Translations under genes and position numbers: made by a program
In this document: piece by piece, positions 19,920-28,694 of the stretch
How the letters are laid out: every line of letters starts with the position of its first letter
How positions within the stretch are numbered: the stretch's first letter is position 1
Notes under the pieces: generated by a model
Told to the model about the DNA's origin: nothing
Databases searched by the model: none
Seen by the model: only the letters and a program-made list of their open reading frames with translations
Assembly (NCBI GenBank): GCA_964543675.1
Contig: CAZIZJ010000001.1
Coordinates: forward strand, 1-41,829
Length of the DNA stretch: 41,829 bases
Source of the DNA: an uncultured Acholeplasma sp.
GTDB lineage: Bacteria > Bacillota_I > Bacilli_A > Acholeplasmatales > Acholeplasmataceae
Reading direction: 5' to 3'

Positions 19920-21623
19920 TTGAAGGAGTTTTATTTAGATAACCAGACGTTTATCATACAATTTAATCGTATTCCTTGTGACTCAGAAAGTAACATCTTA
20001 AACTCCAAGCCATTCTTTTTATTGTTAAAGAGATACCTTTCATATATTAAGCAACAAAAGAATCCTGAGTTCAAATGGATAACCAAATTAGATCCACAAG
20101 ATATCTTGTCTTTATATAAGGCTTTATTAGTATGGGACTATAAAGATGTAACCAAAACACTAGATATTATCTCAGGTGAAGATCATCGTAACAGTTTCTA
20201 TCTTTTTACCGAAAGTTTTTATGACTACTGGCGTAGATTAGAACGTTATGGTTTTTTTGGTCGCGGTCGTTTTGATGATGATCAATCAACCAATCAAAGA
20301 CTGATTGATCATTCAGATTTGTTTTCTAACCTCGTTTTAAAACTTTACCGAACCATTACTCAAAAAATCATTAGCAGAACCTATAACTTGCTGCGTCAGC
20401 TTCCGGCTGGAACACAGGCAAATCTTGCTTTAGTAACAAATCCTTGGACGTATAATTCCCCATATACCAAATTACCTGAACAACGATTCATTTCAGGACT
20501 TTTAATTAGACCGCCATTAATGATCTATTCTAAAATGAATACCAGAACCGGCATGTTTCAACCGATTGACCATAATCCGTTAGAGCAAATTGAGTTAAAT
20601 AAAAATAACTATGTCGTTTCTGCATTAAAGATTGGTCCATTTCTTGCATATGTTTATACCCACCACAAATTTTTAAAATATGCCGTTACTTTAGGATCAC
20701 TTTTTGAAGCAGCATCATTCCATGAATTTAAAGATAAAAAGCCAGATTTGATTTATGTTTTTGGTATTAAGGAAGACGCTTATGACGGTGTTTATCATTA
20801 CGATACAAAAAATGATATCATGATTGGTTTTGTATCACTTAATGATAAAAACGACTACTTCGGCTATGTTAAAAAGATGTTGTTAACTCTTTATAACACC
20901 AAGATGCTAAACGAACAAAAACTGCCAATCCATGGTGCCATGTTCAAATTAACACTAAGCAGCGGTCTTACCAAGAATGTCGTTATTATTGGCGATAGCG
21001 GTGCCGGAAAATCAGAAACGATTGAATCCTTAAGACTCGTTGGAAAAGACTTGGTTAGTGGCATAGACATCGTCTATGACGATATGGGTACCTTCTACTA
21101 CCATAATAAAAACATTGTCAGCAGTGGTTCTGAGATTGGCGCATTTGTTAGACTAGATGATTTGGATCAAGGCTATGCGTACAGACAAATCGATAGAGCT
21201 GTCTTCTTAAATCCAAATAGAATCAATGCTAGAGTCGTCCTGCCTGCAGCCAACTACGATTTCATTATGAAAAAGCATTCAGTTGATTTAGTTTTATATG
21301 CCAACAATTATGATGAAGAAAAATCCGGTTTAGATATCTCAGATGATCTTGAATTGATGATTGAAGTATTTGAAAAAGGAATGCGCCGCGCTAAAGGCAC
21401 AACCTCAGAGGTCGGTATGACAGAAACTTATTTTGCCAATCCGTTTGGACCGGCACAGCATCAGGATCTTACAAGACCACTGGTTAGAGAATACTTCTCG
21501 AAACTGTTTGATGCAAAAATTCCGGTTGGCGTCATATATACGAAGCTTGCTATTGACGGCTTTGAACAAAAAGGACCACAAGAAGCTGCAACAAAATTAT
21601 TAGAATATTTAACTAAAAAATAA
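19920..21623 (+). CDS. PEP carboxykinase-like P-loop protein (PEPCK/HprK superfamily)
   Basis: FGYVKK, PIHGAM, GDSGAGKSE (P-loop), VYDDMG, EIGAFVRLDDL, NPFGP; strong SD AAGGAGG before TTG. Confidence 0.75.
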   Translation: MKEFYLDNQTFIIQFNRIPCDSESNILNSKPFFLLLKRYLSYIKQQKNPEFKWITKLDPQDILSLYKALLVWDYKDVTKTLDIISGEDHRNSFYLFTESFYDYWRRLERYGFFGRGRFDDDQSTNQRLIDHSDLFSNLVLKLYRTITQKIISRTYNLLRQLPAGTQANLALVTNPWTYNSPYTKLPEQRFISGLLIRPPLMIYSKMNTRTGMFQPIDHNPLEQIELNKNNYVVSALKIGPFLAYVYTHHKFLKYAVTLGSLFEAASFHEFKDKKPDLIYVFGIKEDAYDGVYHYDTKNDIMIGFVSLNDKNDYFGYVKKMLLTLYNTKMLNEQKLPIHGAMFKLTLSSGLTKNVVIIGDSGAGKSETIESLRLVGKDLVSGIDIVYDDMGTFYYHNKNIVSSGSEIGAFVRLDDLDQGYAYRQIDRAVFLNPNRINARVVLPAANYDFIMKKHSVDLVLYANNYDEEKSGLDISDDLELMIEVFEKGMRRAKGTTSEVGMTETYFANPFGPAQHQDLTRPLVREYFSKLFDAKIPVGVIYTKLAIDGFEQKGPQEAATKLLEYLTKK

Positions 21624-21630
21624 TGAAACG

Positions 21631-21667
21631 ACTGACTTTCTTAAATAATTGGAGAAGGTCAGTTTTT
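21631..21667 (+). terminator. Intrinsic terminator after the PEPCK-like gene
   Basis: ACTGACTTTCT/AGAAGGTCAGT stem followed by a T-run. Confidence 0.75.
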
Positions 21668-21675
21668 ATTTATAG

Positions 21676-21817
21676 AATATTACCGATAAGTAATATTGTT
21701 CATTTATTCGGTGGTGTTTCTTGTTAAATATCAAAATTATTACCGAAAGGGAATATTTGTCACTATTCACTTTCTTTTCGTACAAATCATGTTATAATAT
21801 TACCGAGAGGTAATAAT
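21676..21817 (+). promoter_or_regulatory. Three 22-bp palindromic operators at exact 60-bp spacing plus extended -10 of hipBA
   Basis: AATATTACCGATAAGTAATATT (21676), ATTATTACCGAAAGGGAATATT (21736), AATATTACCGAGAGGTAATAAT (21796); TGTTATAAT at 21790-21798. Confidence 0.8.
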
Positions 21818-21819
21818 TT

Positions 21820-22014
21820 ATGAATTCTAAAACATTTGGACAAAAGATAAAGGAACAAAGAAAAAAAATAGGTCTAACTCAAGCATATGTTGCCGCTTTA
21901 GCACATACTGGTATACGCTTTATCAGTGATCTAGAAAATGGTAAGGAAACCGTACAATTAGAAAAAGCATTACTGATTGCAAAAATACTAAGCATGAAGG
22001 TGACACTAGAATGA
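21820..22014 (+). CDS. hipB: HipB-like XRE HTH antitoxin (y4mF type)
   Basis: RKKIGLTQ...GIRFISDLENGKET; 64 aa; ATGA overlap with hipA. Confidence 0.88.
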   Translation: MNSKTFGQKIKEQRKKIGLTQAYVAALAHTGIRFISDLENGKETVQLEKALLIAKILSMKVTLE

Positions 22015-23225
22015 ATAAGCGTATTTTAAGAGTATACTTACACACCAACTATATTGGTGATTTGATTGAAGAAAATGGAAAAAAGTTAAGTTTCAAATAT
22101 GATGGTAGTGCAAAAAACACACTTTCTTTGTCTATGCCAATTAGAGACGAAACATATACTGATAATGTTGTAAGACCTTATTTCGAAAACTTATTACCTG
22201 AAGGTGATATCTTAAAGTTAATTGCGAGTACTTACGGTGTGTCCGATACGAACCCATTTTCATTATTAAAAGTTATTGGTGAGGATTGTGCTGGAGCAGT
22301 GCATTTGCTAACAAAAGACACAAGCATTCAAGAGAATATGCCTAAAATGCTATCAGATAATGAATTTCAAAACATCATTGTAAATAATGCTTCTTCTACG
22401 CCTTATTACCAACGAGGTATGCGTTTATCACTAGCAGGTGCTCAAAATAAAATCACATTAATACGATCTAATAGTCATTTCTATATCCCAAACTTCAATT
22501 TTCCTTCTTCTCATATTATTAAATTTGATAATCCAGCATATCCAAGTTTACTTGTTAATGAAATGTTTTGCACAAACCTTGCTAAAGAGATGAAACTGCC
22601 TATATCTGATACGCATTATGAAACTTTAGCATCCAAACCATATTTATTAATAGAACGTTACGATAGGGAAAAAGAAAATGGAAAAATGAAAAGAATCCAT
22701 CAAGAGGATTTTTGCCAAATACTAAGTATCAGATCATCTAATAAATATCAACAAGAAGGTGGTCCCAGTTTTTTAAACATTGTCAATGCCATAAACAAGT
22801 ATAGTAGTTTCCCGGCACGTGAGATTGTTTTACTAGCTCAAATATCTATATTTAATTATTTGATTGGCAACTGTGATTATCATGCTAAAAACCTATCAAT
22901 GCTGCATAAGAATAATCTTTATCAATTATCGCCATTTTATGATTTGGTATCTACAATGATTATGCAAGACTTAGATACTGGAATGGCGATGTCAATTAAT
23001 AAAAAACATGAGATTTCAAAGATTACAACGGAAGATTTCATCAAAGAATTTAATACTTGGGGATTAAATGGGAAAAATATTTTAAAATTGGTTTTGAATG
23101 ACTTTAAAAAAATCAAAGAGACTGCAGAAAAATTAAGTTTAAATGAAACATACAAAAAACACAGTGAATCGATTCATTCAATCATAAAATTTATCGACAC
23201 ACAATGGAGTAGATTATCAAATTGA
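22011..23225 (+). CDS. hipA: HipA family serine/threonine kinase toxin
   Basis: N-terminal LSLSMP/FENLLPEG/GEDCAGA; SLAGAQNK, ERYDR, HQEDFCQ, GNCDYHAKN, PFYD motifs. Confidence 0.93.
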   Translation: MNKRILRVYLHTNYIGDLIEENGKKLSFKYDGSAKNTLSLSMPIRDETYTDNVVRPYFENLLPEGDILKLIASTYGVSDTNPFSLLKVIGEDCAGAVHLLTKDTSIQENMPKMLSDNEFQNIIVNNASSTPYYQRGMRLSLAGAQNKITLIRSNSHFYIPNFNFPSSHIIKFDNPAYPSLLVNEMFCTNLAKEMKLPISDTHYETLASKPYLLIERYDREKENGKMKRIHQEDFCQILSIRSSNKYQQEGGPSFLNIVNAINKYSSFPAREIVLLAQISIFNYLIGNCDYHAKNLSMLHKNNLYQLSPFYDLVSTMIMQDLDTGMAMSINKKHEISKITTEDFIKEFNTWGLNGKNILKLVLNDFKKIKETAEKLSLNETYKKHSESIHSIIKFIDTQWSRLSN

Positions 23226-23232
23226 ATTAAAG

Positions 23233-23260
23233 AGGCTGATATCAAAATCGATATCAGCCT
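23233..23260. terminator. Probable bidirectional terminator between hipA and glmU
   Basis: Perfect 11-bp stem AGGCTGATATC/GATATCAGCCT between convergent genes. Confidence 0.8.
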
Positions 23261-23265
23261 TTGTT

Positions 23266-24639
23266 TTATTCCTTCTTAGGTTTAATTAAATACTTCGTAT
23301 AATCTTCTTTAGTTACTTGTCTGCTTCTCGCTATTGCAAAGCCATTATCTGGAATGTCTTTAGTCACGGTTGACCCTGCTGCAATAAATACATTGCTACC
23401 GACATTGATTGGAGCAATCAAGTTCGTATTACATCCAATGAATGCATTATCGCCAATAATTGTCTGATGTTTATTGACACCATCATAATTAACAGTAACG
23501 CTGCCGCAACCAAAGTTGACATTTTCACCAACAATTGCATCGCCTATATATGCAAGATGCGATGCCTTAGTTCCTTTGCCGGTTTTAGATTTTTTAATTT
23601 CAACAAAGTTACCAATTCTGTTGTGTTCACCAATATCTGCATGATCTCTTAAATGAGCAAATGGACCAATGACTGTTTCTGCTCTGACAATACTATTATA
23701 GATTAAGCTATGCTTGACATTAACATTTTCATGAATTTCAGAATTATGAATTTCAGTGTTTGGTCCAACAACTGCACCTGATTTAATGACTGTTTCCCCG
23801 GTGATGGTTGTATTTGGATTGATGGTAACGCCTGATTCAATTTTTACGTTATGACCGATGGTTATCGTTTCAGGGTTAATCATTGAAACACCATTAATCA
23901 TATGTTCTTTATTAATGTATTCTCTTAAGTATTTTTCAGCAATGCTAATTGAATAAAGATCGTTGACTCCCATCACTAGGCTATTGTTTTTAACAGTGTA
24001 GGTTCCTACTTTATAATCTTTTTTCATTAAAGAAATCATATCGGTAATATAGTATTCGCCTTTGGTATTTTCTTTACCCAATTGATCAAGTAAATTAAAA
24101 AACTTCTGATTGTTTACAATATAAATGCCGGTATTGATTTCTTTAATCGTTTTTTGATATTCATTGGCATCATTATCTTCAATGATGCCTTGAATGGCAC
24201 CTTGCTGATTTCTGATGATTCTGCCGTAACTCTTTGGATTATCATAGATTGCTGTTACAACCGTTAAATCATTGCCATTGTCTTCATGTGCGGTAAACAT
24301 TTTATTAATGTCTTTATACCAAATCAAAGGCACATCACCAGGCATAATGAAAGTATTGCCTTCTAGTTTTGATAAGATCGGTGCTGCTTGCATTGCAGCA
24401 TGTCCTGTACCTAATTGTTCTTCTTGGTAGATGTATTTAACTTGTTTTTTTAATAAATCTTCCACGATCTCACGTTTATAACCCAACACTAAATAGGTTT
24501 CATCAACAACACTATTTCTAATATTTTCGACAATATATTCAATCATTGGTTTTCTTAAAATCGGAAATGCCACCTTTGGAATTTCTGATTTCATTCGTGT
24601 CCCTTTACCAGCTGCAAGAACTAACGCATAATTTTTCAT
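23266..24639 (-). CDS. glmU: Bifunctional GlcN-1-P acetyltransferase / UDP-GlcNAc pyrophosphorylase
   Basis: LAAGKGTRMKS, QLGTGHA, GDVP, EYYITD, GNFVEIK, hexapeptide repeats. Confidence 0.96.
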   Translation of the reverse strand: MKNYALVLAAGKGTRMKSEIPKVAFPILRKPMIEYIVENIRNSVVDETYLVLGYKREIVEDLLKKQVKYIYQEEQLGTGHAAMQAAPILSKLEGNTFIMPGDVPLIWYKDINKMFTAHEDNGNDLTVVTAIYDNPKSYGRIIRNQQGAIQGIIEDNDANEYQKTIKEINTGIYIVNNQKFFNLLDQLGKENTKGEYYITDMISLMKKDYKVGTYTVKNNSLVMGVNDLYSISIAEKYLREYINKEHMINGVSMINPETITIGHNVKIESGVTINPNTTITGETVIKSGAVVGPNTEIHNSEIHENVNVKHSLIYNSIVRAETVIGPFAHLRDHADIGEHNRIGNFVEIKKSKTGKGTKASHLAYIGDAIVGENVNFGCGSVTVNYDGVNKHQTIIGDNAFIGCNTNLIAPINVGSNVFIAAGSTVTKDIPDNGFAIARSRQVTKEDYTKYLIKPKKE

Positions 24640-24640
24640 A

Positions 24641-25951
24641 TTACAAAGCCCCTAACTCTGAAATTTTATTGACCAATAAATCCATATTTTTATTTAATTT
24701 TGTTTCATCTTGACAACTTATTGTAACACGAATAAGCGGTTCTGTTCCACTAGCTCTTACTAAAAGCAATGAATCATTGCCTAAATCTTCTTTGACTACT
24801 TTGAGTAAATCAATAATTGCTTGTTCAGATAATACTGTTTTACTGACGTTTTTAATGTTGACCATTTTTTGTGGGTAGATAACAACATCGCTCGTATAAG
24901 CTGCAAGTGATGTATTGTTTTCCGCTAAAATCTTAATCAGATATATACCAGCAAATAATCCATCTCCTGATGGCAGTAAATCATTGATGATGATATGATC
25001 GCTATTTTCGCCGCCAATCGTATAGCTATTGGTAACAATCTCATGAGAAACATATTTATCACCAACCGGAGTCAATACTGTTTTAATACCTAATTTCTTA
25101 AATGATTTAAGGATTCCTGGATTGCTCATTTGGGTTAAGACAACAGTGTCTTTGTTGAGCTTTCCTTTGCTTTTTAGGTATTTTGCAATGGTATAGACGA
25201 TTATATCGCCATCAAAAACATGTCCGTTCTTATCAACCACCAAAAGTCTGTCGCCATCGCCATCAAAGCTTAAACCAATATCACTACCAGTTTCTAGTAC
25301 TTTATTTTTGATGGCATCCATATGCGTTGATCCGACACCAAGATTAATATTAAGTCCATTTGGAATATTGCCTATTTGATAGGTTTGATCCAAGTGTGAT
25401 TCCATGATACGCTTTGAAATCTTATATGTTGCACCATTTGCTGAATCATAGGCAACACTTAAATTGGTTTTCGGAATAGCTAGTTTTTTATAGATTTGGG
25501 TATAAAGTTCTTCTACTTCATCAGTGACTTTAATTACACCAAAATCAAATGCCGTTTCAATCTTTTCATCATCAATAAAGGACTCCAAAGAAAACTCTTC
25601 TTCATCAAGCATCTTATAGCCTGATTTAAATATTTTAATACCATTATCTGTATATGGATTATGACTGGCTGTAATCATTACGGCGATTATTTTGTAGACC
25701 TTGGAATAATAAGCAAGCATTGGCGTTGAAACAACACCAGCAATTTTGACATTAACTCCTGCTGTTGCAGCACCAAAAGCAACACCATAAATAAGCATTT
25801 CTGATGATAGTCTAGTGTCCCCACCGATGATGATTTCTTTTGGTCCAAAGGCTTTAGCGATTGCTTGTCCTACTTTAAATGCGAGCTTCGCATTTAAATA
25901 ATCAAAAGCAGCACCTCTGATACCATCAGTACCGAAATATTTTTTATTCAT
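24641..25951 (-). CDS. glmM: Phosphoglucosamine mutase
   Basis: YFGTDGIRG, TASHNP, FDGDGDR, RASGTEP; lies between glmS and glmU. Confidence 0.93.
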   Translation of the reverse strand: MNKKYFGTDGIRGAAFDYLNAKLAFKVGQAIAKAFGPKEIIIGGDTRLSSEMLIYGVAFGAATAGVNVKIAGVVSTPMLAYYSKVYKIIAVMITASHNPYTDNGIKIFKSGYKMLDEEEFSLESFIDDEKIETAFDFGVIKVTDEVEELYTQIYKKLAIPKTNLSVAYDSANGATYKISKRIMESHLDQTYQIGNIPNGLNINLGVGSTHMDAIKNKVLETGSDIGLSFDGDGDRLLVVDKNGHVFDGDIIVYTIAKYLKSKGKLNKDTVVLTQMSNPGILKSFKKLGIKTVLTPVGDKYVSHEIVTNSYTIGGENSDHIIINDLLPSGDGLFAGIYLIKILAENNTSLAAYTSDVVIYPQKMVNIKNVSKTVLSEQAIIDLLKVVKEDLGNDSLLLVRASGTEPLIRVTISCQDETKLNKNMDLLVNKISELGAL

Positions 25952-25966
25952 GAATTACCTCTGACT

Positions 25967-27748
25967 TTATTCGACTGTAACACTCTTGGCAAGATTTCTT
26001 GGTTTATCAATATCATAACCTAAATTCAGTGCAGCATAATAAGCAATAAGTTGAGTTGGTACAACCATCAATAGTGGTGTTAAAAGTGGATAAACGTCAT
26101 CTAAAATGATATCGTCGCCTTTTTGTTTAAGGGATTCCAAAGTAACAACAATCGGTATTGCACCTCTTGATTTCACCTCATGTAAATTAGATCTCGTATT
26201 TAAATTAATCAATTCACTAGAAATCAAGGCAATAACTGGTGTACCTTCTTCAATTAAGGCAATCGTACCGTGCTTCAGTTCTCCTGCAGCAAACCCTTCG
26301 GTATGAATATAGGATATTTCTTTTAATTTTAAGGCAGCTTCTAATGCAGTGGCATAGTCAATACCTCTACCAATATAGAAAGCATGTGATTTCTTAAGAT
26401 ATTTTGTAACTAACGCATCTAATCCTTGTTGGTTTGACAAGAAGTTTTCAATTGCCGATGCCACTTTAGATAACTCCAGTTTAAGATCAAAGTCTTTACT
26501 GGATAATTCGTATGCTAAGATAGCCAGCACACTAACTTGTGCAATATATGCCTTGGTTGATGCAACAGCAATTTCTGGACCTGCAAAGATTTCTAGGGCA
26601 TAATCTGATTCTCTTGCTAGTGTCGATGTAATGACATTGGTAACAGTAAGTGTTTTATGATTATCGTGTCTTAAACCAGTTAAACATGCACGAAGATCTG
26701 CTGTTTCACCACTTTGAGAAATCAAAATGAAAAACGGATTTGAGTCCAGTACCGGTCTTTGATATGCAAACTCTGATGCAATATGTACTTCAACCGGTTT
26801 ATTTAAAAGCGATTCAAATATTCTTTTAGCAACTAATCCTGCATGCATCGATGTACCTGCTGCAAGAATATAAATTCTGTTGCTGGACTGAATCGTTTTT
26901 AACAGTGACTTGTTTAAATTGATTTCATAATTGTCAAAGTACTTTGAAAGAATTGTTCTAATGACGCCTGGCTGTTCATTGATCTCTTTTAACATGAAAT
27001 GATCATAGTTGCCTTTATTGGCAGAGGCAACATCTATTTTTAATGGTTGAAACTTAATTTTTAATGGTTGGTAATCGTAGTTATAAAGTTTGATTTCGTT
27101 TTTGCCGCATACAACAAACGTTTTATCTTCAATGACAAAATATTCAGTTGCATAACCAGCAAGTGCTAAAACATCCGATGTAACTGTCACACCATTGGAA
27201 TCTCTACCTACCAATAATGGTGGTTTATCTTTGGCAGCATAAATGTTATCAGGATTTTGTGCATCAACGATTAAAAGTGCATATGAACCTTTAAGCAGTT
27301 TAAGTGTCGTTAAAATGGCATTTTCAACATTCATGTATGTTGAAAAGCCTTCGATTAAATGTGCAATGACTTCAGTATCGGTTTCGCTGACAAAATGATT
27401 ATTTTTAAGATATTGTTCTTTTAATTGCAGATAGTTTTCAATGACACCGTTATGGACAATAATAAAACGACCCGATTGAGATTTTTGTGGGTGCGCATTA
27501 ATATTGTTTACTTTTCCATGGGTTGCCCATCTCGTATGACCAATACCGACATTTGAAAGTATACGATGTGTTGTTTTACTTAATATAGATACTCGACCAA
27601 TATCTTTGAAAACATCAAACAACTGATTAGTTTTATTAAATACAGCTAATCCTGCTGAGTCATAACCACGATATTCTAGTCGCTCAAGTCCATTGATAAT
27701 GATGTCTCGTGCATTGTTTTTTCCGATATAACCTACAATTCCACACAT
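25967..27748 (-). CDS. glmS: Glutamine-fructose-6-phosphate aminotransferase
   Basis: MCGIVG, LEYRGYDSAG, HTRWATHG, SQSGET, VASTK, PRNLAKSVTVE. Confidence 0.97.
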   Translation of the reverse strand: MCGIVGYIGKNNARDIIINGLERLEYRGYDSAGLAVFNKTNQLFDVFKDIGRVSILSKTTHRILSNVGIGHTRWATHGKVNNINAHPQKSQSGRFIIVHNGVIENYLQLKEQYLKNNHFVSETDTEVIAHLIEGFSTYMNVENAILTTLKLLKGSYALLIVDAQNPDNIYAAKDKPPLLVGRDSNGVTVTSDVLALAGYATEYFVIEDKTFVVCGKNEIKLYNYDYQPLKIKFQPLKIDVASANKGNYDHFMLKEINEQPGVIRTILSKYFDNYEINLNKSLLKTIQSSNRIYILAAGTSMHAGLVAKRIFESLLNKPVEVHIASEFAYQRPVLDSNPFFILISQSGETADLRACLTGLRHDNHKTLTVTNVITSTLARESDYALEIFAGPEIAVASTKAYIAQVSVLAILAYELSSKDFDLKLELSKVASAIENFLSNQQGLDALVTKYLKKSHAFYIGRGIDYATALEAALKLKEISYIHTEGFAAGELKHGTIALIEEGTPVIALISSELINLNTRSNLHEVKSRGAIPIVVTLESLKQKGDDIILDDVYPLLTPLLMVVPTQLIAYYAALNLGYDIDKPRNLAKSVTVE

Positions 27749-27886
27749 TATAGTTAATCTCCTAAATTAATATACCACACAGCTTTATAGAAAAGCAAAA
27801 ACATTGGGTTTATTTTAAATATCTAATGTCAATTATATCATATTTTTAGTTTTTAAAAATACATAGAACCTAGCCGCTTCTTACAT

Positions 27887-28693
27887 TCAAAATCGCTTCA
27901 AGAGTCTCTTGATCTGTAGAATAAAAAAACCTGCTAATCTATAATATATTCTTCTCAATAATGAAAATCTTTTGAGGTGCTTGTTATAGATATTTTTCTT
28001 CGCTTCATGCAAAACTTTATAGGGCTTTTTGGAAAGACCTTTATCAGAGTCGCGATATGCTGTACCATTCTTATATGTGCATATGAACTTGCACGTCTGC
28101 GCCAATCTCAACAGTAACTCATAATCTTCAAACAATGATAAAGACTGATTGTATCCTTGATTCAATTTCAAAAGACTGGTATTGATACAGTAATCTCTCA
28201 TTAAATAAATTGATTGATAAAGCCCAATCATTAATCTATGATGAATATTACCTTCTAAAAATCCTTCACTCTTTTTAAGGTTGTTTTCTTTTAAAATGCC
28301 ATCTTTATCTACAAATTTAGTTACAGAATATACAACAATTTTATCATCAGATTCATTGATAATATTCATTTCATTCGTGATTTTTTCAGTATCGAAATAG
28401 AAATCATCGGCATCTAAAAAAGTTACATAATCACCCTTGCAAAAACTCAGTCCGCTATTTCTTGCATGACTAACACCTCTATTATGCTCCAGAAATATAG
28501 GCACAACTCTTGGATCCCAATCAGAAATCTCTTTAATAATAATCACTGAATCATCAGTGGACTTATCATCAACAATAATGACTTCTTTGATATTTTGATA
28601 TGACTGACTAATAACACTTCTAACACATTGTCGTAAGTATTTTGAATTATTGTAATTTGGTATTACAATTGAAACACTTTTTAACGCATTCAT
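27887..28693 (-). CDS. Glycosyltransferase family 2
   Basis: SIVIPNYN, VDDKSTD, GVSHARN, FLDADD, EDYEL. Confidence 0.9.
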   Translation of the reverse strand: MNALKSVSIVIPNYNNSKYLRQCVRSVISQSYQNIKEVIIVDDKSTDDSVIIIKEISDWDPRVVPIFLEHNRGVSHARNSGLSFCKGDYVTFLDADDFYFDTEKITNEMNIINESDDKIVVYSVTKFVDKDGILKENNLKKSEGFLEGNIHHRLMIGLYQSIYLMRDYCINTSLLKLNQGYNQSLSLFEDYELLLRLAQTCKFICTYKNGTAYRDSDKGLSKKPYKVLHEAKKNIYNKHLKRFSLLRRIYYRLAGFFILQIKRLLKRF

Positions 28694-28694
28694 T

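Noticed and set aside
21676..21817. Mini CRISPR array or type III TA antitoxin RNA repeats
   Set aside because: Only three non-identical 22-bp units, spacers resemble each other, no cas or toxN gene, and the last unit overlaps the hipB promoter/SD; operators explain it better.
27749..27886. glmS ribozyme
   Set aside because: The region is short and very AT-rich, lacks the conserved AGCGC/GACGAGG core, and has a promoter-like TTGCTT-N18-TATATT close to the SD.
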